Of a DNA stretch of 64,000 nucleotides, positions 58,098-64,000 are shown piece by piece. A program made the translations under genes and the position numbers. How positions within the stretch are numbered: position 1 is the first letter of the stretch; every line of letters starts with the position of its first letter. Origin of the DNA: Candidatus Adlerbacteria bacterium (GTDB taxonomy: Bacteria > Patescibacteriota > Minisyncoccia > Phycocordibacterales > SBAW01); assembly GCA_029288895.1 (NCBI GenBank), contig JARIGK010000004.1, positions 13,621 through 77,620 of the forward strand. Reading direction: 5' to 3'. The notes beneath the pieces are model-generated. The model was not told the origin of the DNA. It saw only the letters and a list, made by a program, of their open reading frames with translations, and did no database searches.

Positions 58098-58865
58098 ATG
58101 GGGACCGAATCGAAATTTCTCACGAATCTAAAGAAGCTGGCGCTCTCTACCAAAGAGAGTATTGATTTAAGCGATTTTACTAACTATACAGAGAAAAATA
58201 TACATATAACAAAAGAACCGTTTCCTCATTTTATTGCAGAAAATTTCTTTAAACCGGAGATCTATGATGCCTTGTGTAAAGAATTTAATGCCGTTATGGA
58301 GCGCGGCTTATCCAATTCCAAAGGAGGAGATTTTAATAAATTCCACGCGTTTGATATTGACTATGATGGGTATCTCTATGTGCCTGCCCCGACGTTAGCG
58401 CGCGACAACCCGCTTCGGCTGTTTTACAGCCTCGAATGGAATATGTTTTTTTCAAAATTATTCCGACAATTTACATCGTTCGAGACATCGTTTGTGCTTC
58501 ACCATCACCCGCCAGGCGACAGAACGGGTTTTGTTCATCACGACTTTTCGGACAAACGATTCCACGAACGCTCGGTCCTTCTTAATGGAGTAATTGCGCC
58601 CGAAATAAAAACTGGCGCTGCAGCGCGCAGACGAGTAATTTCACTCCTTATATATATTAATAATCCTGTGTGGCAGGAAGGTGACGGAGGAGAGACGGCT
58701 ATCTATGCTGCAGATAAAACTATAGTGATAAAGAAAATACCTCCAATCAATAATACGCTGTTTGCGTTTCAGACATCGCCTGTATCTTTCCATGCCTTTC
58801 AGGCGAACAAAAAGGACCGCAACTGTCTTGTGCAATGGTTCCATATGCCGCCAGAATTACTCTAA
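58098..58865 (+). CDS. 2OG-Fe(II) oxygenase
   Basis: EPFPH, H-x-D (VHHD), YIN..W.EGDGGET, SFH and distal R motifs; start set at MGTESK. Confidence 0.85.
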   Translation: MGTESKFLTNLKKLALSTKESIDLSDFTNYTEKNIHITKEPFPHFIAENFFKPEIYDALCKEFNAVMERGLSNSKGGDFNKFHAFDIDYDGYLYVPAPTLARDNPLRLFYSLEWNMFFSKLFRQFTSFETSFVLHHHPPGDRTGFVHHDFSDKRFHERSVLLNGVIAPEIKTGAAARRRVISLLIYINNPVWQEGDGGETAIYAADKTIVIKKIPPINNTLFAFQTSPVSFHAFQANKKDRNCLVQWFHMPPELL

Positions 58866-58869
58866 ACAT

Positions 58870-59466
58870 ATGCCGAAGAAAAAACTTTTATTTGTTGGAG
58901 CAGGCGGAGAGCTGGCATCAAAAGTTCTACCGCTATTGTCGAAGTCATATGACATCGTTGGTATTGCAGGTAGGCGGGATGATCTGCGCCCATATTGTGT
59001 TGAAATGTATAAAGGTAATTTACTTACCGGCTACCAACAGCTTTTTGAAACAGCATTTCGCGCACATCAATTCGATATAATTATTTGGAACCCTGTGCGT
59101 TATTTTTTTACTTCTTTGATGCAGAGTACGCGCGAAAGTTTACATACAGAATTTGATATTGCAGTTGCGCTCGCTGTCGAGTGTCTAAAAACAGCTCGCA
59201 AAGAGCAAAATTTTTCTGGCACATTTGTATTAGTTTCGAGCCTGTCCGCATTTGGGTACAGAAAAGATCTTGCCACGTATTCGATTGTAAAAAATGCTCA
59301 AGTTAGATTCGCCAAAGTGCTGGCCGAGGAATTGAAAGGTGCTGTAGTGGTAAAAATAGTTGCCCCTGGTTCTGTGCGGGCAATACCTACGGAAAGTCTG
59401 GGGAAAGCCTTTATTTCAAGCCTAGAAAATGAATATCCAGAGCGGGTCTTGTATACCGTTCAATAG
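58870..59466 (+). CDS. Short-chain dehydrogenase/reductase
   Basis: VGAGGELA Rossmann-like motif, VSS, YSIVK (YxxxK) and VAPG. Confidence 0.78.
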   Translation: MPKKKLLFVGAGGELASKVLPLLSKSYDIVGIAGRRDDLRPYCVEMYKGNLLTGYQQLFETAFRAHQFDIIIWNPVRYFFTSLMQSTRESLHTEFDIAVALAVECLKTARKEQNFSGTFVLVSSLSAFGYRKDLATYSIVKNAQVRFAKVLAEELKGAVVVKIVAPGSVRAIPTESLGKAFISSLENEYPERVLYTVQ

Positions 59467-59557
59467 ACTTGCTTTTTCTTATAAAAATGTTATTATAAAT
59501 TACCCTAGAAATCTCTAGGATATCTCATCAACAGACAGAGAAGAGGGAGTTCTTTCC

Positions 59558-60016
59558 ATGCGTACCATTATTCTCGCTGGCTCCGCCGCCGTCGCGATGT
59601 CCCTGAGCGTATCCACCGCGTTTGCGGCAAGCCCCAACCAGGCGATCATCGACAAGAGCTGCTGGGGTTTTTACGATGCTGCGCTGGGTGGCAACGGAGT
59701 CAAGCTGGAACGGCCCGAAGCGGCGTTCAAGTTCTCGGTCAAGGCGGACGGCTCGTTCGTCTTCACTGCGAAGGCTGGTGCTGCCGCGCGCAAGAACTGG
59801 AATGGCGCCTCGGGCAACGACTACCTCACCCAGAAGGAGGCGCAGTACCAGCCGCTTCCTGACGGCGGCCTGCAATTTGCCAATCAGTCGGCGCATTCCT
59901 ACTACACGCTGACTCCTGCGGCTTCCCAGTCCGGCGACGCTCCTGGTTCGGTGCGTTTCTCGGTGCTGTACAAGCACAACCAGGGTACAGCCAACGGTGA
60001 AGCGTTCTGTAAGTAA
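59558..60016 (+). CDS. Secreted hypothetical protein
   Basis: Signal peptide ending AFA, two Cys (KSCW; AFCK), GC-rich codon usage, downstream terminator. Confidence 0.75.
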   Translation: MRTIILAGSAAVAMSLSVSTAFAASPNQAIIDKSCWGFYDAALGGNGVKLERPEAAFKFSVKADGSFVFTAKAGAAARKNWNGASGNDYLTQKEAQYQPLPDGGLQFANQSAHSYYTLTPAASQSGDAPGSVRFSVLYKHNQGTANGEAFCK

Positions 60017-60120
60017 CAGGTAGCGATGCCAGGGCGAGTGTTTGGGCCCGTATAGCGATATGCGGGCCTTTTCTTTTGGGAAAGCACTTTGTGCTTGTAT
60101 GATTACGGGGCTAACTTCAT

Positions 60121-61662
60121 ATGGAACCCGTTACACAATTTTCTCAAACTTTCAGAAAGGATAGATTTGGTTTTGAGAAAAATTACACTCTTTCTGAAGC
60201 TGTTGAGCTTTTCATAAAACCATGTGGTCGTTTTAAATCACCCCTCTCTTGGAAAGATAAGCTGGAAATATTCATAGCGAAATTCGTGAGCCGTTCGCGA
60301 ATTTTTAATACTATAGTGGCTCTCCCTGTGTACGATATTTCCCCTAACTGGCAAATACTTTTAAATTATCTCGCCAAAGAAGGTGTTATTGTAAGACCAA
60401 CATTCCATCCATTTTTGCAGCATAATGACTACCCTCCGTCCCATACGGTATATCTTGTGTCGCATCTTGATCAGAAGGTAACTGATGGGAAATTGGAGCG
60501 CGATCAAATCACTGCTTTTGGTAATGGCCCAAGATTTGAAGATGCGTATGGGAAAGCGGTTGGTGAAATGCTCGAGCGCTATACGCTCGCGCTCTTTCGA
60601 ATAAAAGATTTATTGTTTTGTTCGCGTGTGGAACTTGTACAAAAGGGGGAACTAGTCCTCGATATTAGTGCTAAGCCACAATTTCTGCCCTGGCAGAAAG
60701 AGCATTTTAAAGAGCTGGGCGCAACAGATCGCACGACGTTGTCGTGGGTTGAGGGCAGAGAACTTATTTCTAATAGGCGCGCCTACGTTCCGGCGCAGCT
60801 TATATTCTGGAGTCGAACTGTATTGGGTGCGAAGTCGGATATGGTTGTTCTGCAGCAACCTACAAGTAATGGGCAAGCAGGTGGGTTTACTTTCGAAGAG
60901 AGTGTTCTTTCAGCGATATATGAAAATGTGGAGAGAGACGCATTCCTCATATATTGGCTCAACACCCTTTCTCCGAAACGTATTGCGCTTGATAGTATTC
61001 AAAATCCCGATGTTGTTTCTGTAATTGCCTCGGCACAGCGGTATGGTCTGGATTTGTATTTTCTTGATACAACGAGTGATATCGAGATACCAGCTTGTAT
61101 ATGTGTTGTCATGGACAGGCGAGGCCCAGAACCACGGTTGGCGATGGGGGGCGGTGCCGGATTTGATATTCAAAAAAATCTCCTATCGAGCGCAAATGAA
61201 GCAATTAGCGTGGCGCAAAACAATTATGCGTTTGATGTGCCTAAGAACTACAAACCATTTTTAGATACAACAATTACAAAAAAAGAGCGTATGGGCTTAT
61301 GGCGCGGCTCTACAATGATTGAGCATTTTAATTTTTTCATTGGAGGGGAAGAGGTACCTCTTGAAGAAAGCCGTTTTGCAAACCTGGCGCGCACGTTTCC
61401 TTCAAAAAAAGAAGAATATTCATTTACACGTGAACTTTTTAAACACTTAGGAGAAGGGTACGAATTATATTGCTATCAAGCAAAACATGCAGTGCTTTCC
61501 AAATTGGGGTATGTGGTGACAAAAGTTGTCATACCTAAACTTGTACCTCTGTATTTGGCAGAGTATATGGCGACACTTGATGCGGAACGTTTGTATGAAG
61601 TCCCAAAAAAACTTGGGTTTGAAAACACCAAGCTCAATCCATGGCCCCATCCATTTCCATAG
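60121..61662 (+). CDS. YcaO family cyclodehydratase
   Basis: KAVGEMLERY, SNGQAGG and AIYENVERDA ATP-binding motifs; Pro-rich C-terminus PWPHPFP. Confidence 0.92.
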   Translation: MEPVTQFSQTFRKDRFGFEKNYTLSEAVELFIKPCGRFKSPLSWKDKLEIFIAKFVSRSRIFNTIVALPVYDISPNWQILLNYLAKEGVIVRPTFHPFLQHNDYPPSHTVYLVSHLDQKVTDGKLERDQITAFGNGPRFEDAYGKAVGEMLERYTLALFRIKDLLFCSRVELVQKGELVLDISAKPQFLPWQKEHFKELGATDRTTLSWVEGRELISNRRAYVPAQLIFWSRTVLGAKSDMVVLQQPTSNGQAGGFTFEESVLSAIYENVERDAFLIYWLNTLSPKRIALDSIQNPDVVSVIASAQRYGLDLYFLDTTSDIEIPACICVVMDRRGPEPRLAMGGGAGFDIQKNLLSSANEAISVAQNNYAFDVPKNYKPFLDTTITKKERMGLWRGSTMIEHFNFFIGGEEVPLEESRFANLARTFPSKKEEYSFTRELFKHLGEGYELYCYQAKHAVLSKLGYVVTKVVIPKLVPLYLAEYMATLDAERLYEVPKKLGFENTKLNPWPHPFP

Positions 61663-61665
61663 ACT

Positions 61666-62400
61666 ATGTACATAGATTTTTCAAAGCTCTTCCATAGAGC
61701 ATCAAAAGATAGCCGAGATGGTGGTAGGGTGCATATACCAAGAGATTCCGCCCAGTGGCCCGATGCCTGGAAGACAACTTTCTATAAAGCATATAAGTCG
61801 CTTCCATCTATTATTCTCTCTCATTCGGACTTGCGAGCAGATCTTTTCTCTACTATCGTTTCTCGAACCTCAAGGAGAGGGCCATACAGCGAGACGCTCT
61901 CCAAAGACGAGCTTGCAACAATCTTGCTTTATTCATGCGGAAAGAAAAAAAATAACGATGGAACGAATCGTGCGCAACCGTCAGGTGGAGGTCGATACCC
62001 AATAGAAGCGTATGTGTTGATGTTTCGTTCATTGCCAGACGTTCCTGCAGGCATCTATCACTACAATGTAGAGAATCATACACTTGAGCGTTTAGCAGCT
62101 AAAGAATTTACGAAAGAAGATATTGCAAGATTATTTTCATACGAGTGGATACAGGATAGTTCTGCGGCAATTGTTTTAACCTCTGCTTTTGAGCGCACAA
62201 AAATGAAATACGGCCAGCGCGGCTATCGGTATGCAATGCTTGAAGCGGGGCATATCGGCCAAAATATTTGCCTTATTTCTCAGGCTTTGAATGTTCAGTG
62301 TTGTCCAATGGGCGGAAGCTTTGATGAAGGGCTAGAAAACATACTTGGTATAGACGGCGAGGATGAAAGTCTCGTCTACACACTTGTTTTGGGGAAATAA
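61666..62400 (+). CDS. SagB/ThcOx-type FMN-dependent azoline dehydrogenase (nitroreductase fold)
   Basis: RTSRR, RAQPSGGGRYPIE, GIYHY, KYGQRGYRY and EAGHIGQN motifs. Confidence 0.92.
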   Translation: MYIDFSKLFHRASKDSRDGGRVHIPRDSAQWPDAWKTTFYKAYKSLPSIILSHSDLRADLFSTIVSRTSRRGPYSETLSKDELATILLYSCGKKKNNDGTNRAQPSGGGRYPIEAYVLMFRSLPDVPAGIYHYNVENHTLERLAAKEFTKEDIARLFSYEWIQDSSAAIVLTSAFERTKMKYGQRGYRYAMLEAGHIGQNICLISQALNVQCCPMGGSFDEGLENILGIDGEDESLVYTLVLGK

Positions 62401-62437
62401 TATAGCTCCAACATAAACTCCTGGTATACTTGGAGGT

Positions 62438-62779
62438 ATGAGGAAAGTCCTCCGAACTGTCATACGCACTGCGGCACTCATTGCGTTCGCAGTATTTGTA
62501 TTTTCTACAGGATTGGTAAATAAACTTGGGGGGTCAGCTGTAGAAAATCAAAAAAATAAACAAAAAGATCAGGATGATTTGCTCGCTTCCTTTACTGGTC
62601 CAGAGAAAGCATATGCGGATGCGCCCGCGGCTTGCAGTGGAAGTGATGCTTGTGGTGGGCAACCTCCGGATGCGTGCGGAGATGCCTGCGGCGCCGGCGC
62701 TTCGTCTTCCGGTGCGTCTGATGCTGGGGGCGGTCCTGGCCCAGGCCCCGACCCAGGCCCCGACCCAGGCCCTCATTGA
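62438..62779 (+). CDS. Candidate RiPP precursor: membrane anchor + leader + Cys/Ser/Gly-rich core
   Basis: N-terminal TM, PEKAYAD, core with DACG x3 and ASSSGAS, PGPD repeats; directly follows YcaO-SagB. Confidence 0.7.
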   Translation: MRKVLRTVIRTAALIAFAVFVFSTGLVNKLGGSAVENQKNKQKDQDDLLASFTGPEKAYADAPAACSGSDACGGQPPDACGDACGAGASSSGASDAGGGPGPGPDPGPDPGPH

Positions 62780-62800
62780 GTAGAAAATAGTATAGAAAGA

Positions 62801-62831
62801 AAAACGCCCCGTTGTATTGACGGGGCGTTTC
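62801..62831. terminator. Terminator between convergent genes
   Basis: AAACGCCCCGT...ACGGGGCGTTT. Confidence 0.7.
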
Positions 62832-62858
62832 GCACTCGAATCTTCAGGGGTAGAGAAT

Positions 62859-63314
62859 TTAAACCCCGCCCGTGCAGATGAACGTGACAGCGACAGGTTC
62901 ATCGACGGTGTACTTGCCTCGCACCTCCCAGATTGGCTGGGGACGCGTGGCAGCCTTTAGATTGTAGCCGACGTTGTTCCACGACAGGATGTCGAAGTGG
63001 AACATGCCGTCCTTCTGCTGCTGCAGGGTAATGAAACCCCACTTCCTCGCCGTCGATTCGCCGTTCATCCGGCCCAGCACTTTGGCCGAATTGTCGGTGT
63101 CGAAGAGTAGCTTGAGCTGGATCTTTGGGAGCCAGCTGGCATATCCCTTAGGCTCACCGAGGCAAGTGCGCACCAAGCCTGTTTCCTTGCTGGGAAAGTC
63201 GGTGATGGCGGCGTTTGCTTGCAGCAACGACTTGCTTTGCCCAAACGCGGTCTGAGCGCCGAACGACAGTAGTGTGAGGGCCAAAAACGCCCCCAAGTTT
63301 GCGAAGAACTTCAT
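62859..63314 (-). CDS. Secreted hypothetical protein
   Basis: SD AAGGAGG, signal peptide ending AFG, two Cys (RTCL; FICT), GC-rich codon usage. Confidence 0.72.
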   Translation of the reverse strand: MKFFANLGAFLALTLLSFGAQTAFGQSKSLLQANAAITDFPSKETGLVRTCLGEPKGYASWLPKIQLKLLFDTDNSAKVLGRMNGESTARKWGFITLQQQKDGMFHFDILSWNNVGYNLKAATRPQPIWEVRGKYTVDEPVAVTFICTGGV

Positions 63315-63465
63315 CTGACCCTCCTTGTTGCTTGGAGAAATGCCTCCAAAATGCGTTCGTATCAATTGTACCACTATTTGAACAGTTTTGTCAAGTCATC
63401 CAGATTCGGCCTGTGGAAAGAGAGTTGGGGTAAAAAGAAGGGTGGTATTATTGAGCAAGAATAAT

Positions 63466-64000
63466 ATGAAAATTCGTACTACACTCCTTTTTATTTGCGT
63501 ATTGTTGTTGTGTTGTGTGGCTGGCGCTGGCGGATATTATTACTTCAAAATATATCTGCCCGCGCGAGAACACACATTAGTTATGAATTCGATACAAGAA
63601 TCTCACCCCGCACGCAACGCGCTTTATGCCGGTGACAATGCCACCGCGATCAGCACTTTGCGCAGTTTAATTGCTAAAGCTCCTACAAAAGAGGAGCGGG
63701 CACGTCTTCAACATCTCTTAATTCTAGGTCTTTTCAATATAGACAACGAAGCAGACACTTCAGAAGCTGTTTCACTTTCATACACGCTTATAAACGACTA
63801 TTCAGTGCCTGCATGGATACGCGCATTGACTCTCAACCACCTCGCACTCTTTATGCATGGCGGCGGCGTAAATTTTTATAAGAAATATTTTACACAACCT
63901 CCACTTGATGCATTTATAAATACTTCCGGTAATGATTCGACAAGGGCGTGGACCGCATACTACAAAATCCTTGCACTTTCCGACGAGACGTACCCGACGT
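63466..64000 (+). CDS. Membrane-anchored alpha-helical (TPR-like) protein, partial
   Basis: Manual translation MKIRTTLLFICVLLLCCVAGAGGYYYFK...ARNALYAGDNATAISTLRSLIAKAP..., open to the window end. Confidence 0.65.
   Translation, partial: MKIRTTLLFICVLLLCCVAGAGGYYYFKIYLPAREHTLVMNSIQESHPARNALYAGDNATAISTLRSLIAKAPTKEERARLQHLLILGLFNIDNEADTSEAVSLSYTLINDYSVPAWIRALTLNHLALFMHGGGVNFYKKYFTQPPLDAFINTSGNDSTRAWTAYYKILALSDETYPT

Noticed and set aside
60121-61662. YcaO as a thioamide-forming (TfuA-associated) or stand-alone housekeeping YcaO
   Set aside because: No TfuA is seen, while the PxPxP tail, adjacent SagB-type dehydrogenase and Cys/Ser-rich peptide favour azole formation.

Overview
Chromosomal window from a small-genome bacterium, most likely Patescibacteria/CPR (Parcubacteria-like). 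That assignment is inferred from gene content: a PrgI/TraC/VirB4 locus with a T4SS-type pilin, short YidC and KhpB proteins, and mostly SD-less core genes. The first ~45 kb is largely housekeeping and includes the replication origin region: polA fragment, tsaE, a PilB/GspE ATPase, ruvB-yebC-ruvC, tyrS, PBP1A, rdgB, dnaN-oriC-dnaA, rpmH-rnpA-yidC-khpB, a ~12.5 kb T4SS-like membrane operon, rsmA, pcrA/uvrD, LysM-M23, comM, dksA, pnp, NYN, rpsO, a Xer recombinase, nudix, xth and a compact zwf. Two accessory regions stand out. (1) At 46.2-51.0 kb, an array of co-oriented genes is separated by a repeated, covarying double-hairpin element ending in AAAAC; its cargo includes a carbamoyltransferase-methyltransferase fusion and a duplicated methyltransferase. 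(2) At 57.2-64 kb, downstream of tRNA-Gly, a YcaO + SagB-type dehydrogenase + membrane-anchored Cys/Ser/Gly-rich precursor cluster is a candidate azol(in)e RiPP system. Also found by reading the sequence: a 6S-like rod RNA, an unannotated hyper-acidic microprotein, a parS-like cluster, four tRNAs and a pervasive leaderless start pattern. All calls rest on motif recognition by eye; no database searches were run.
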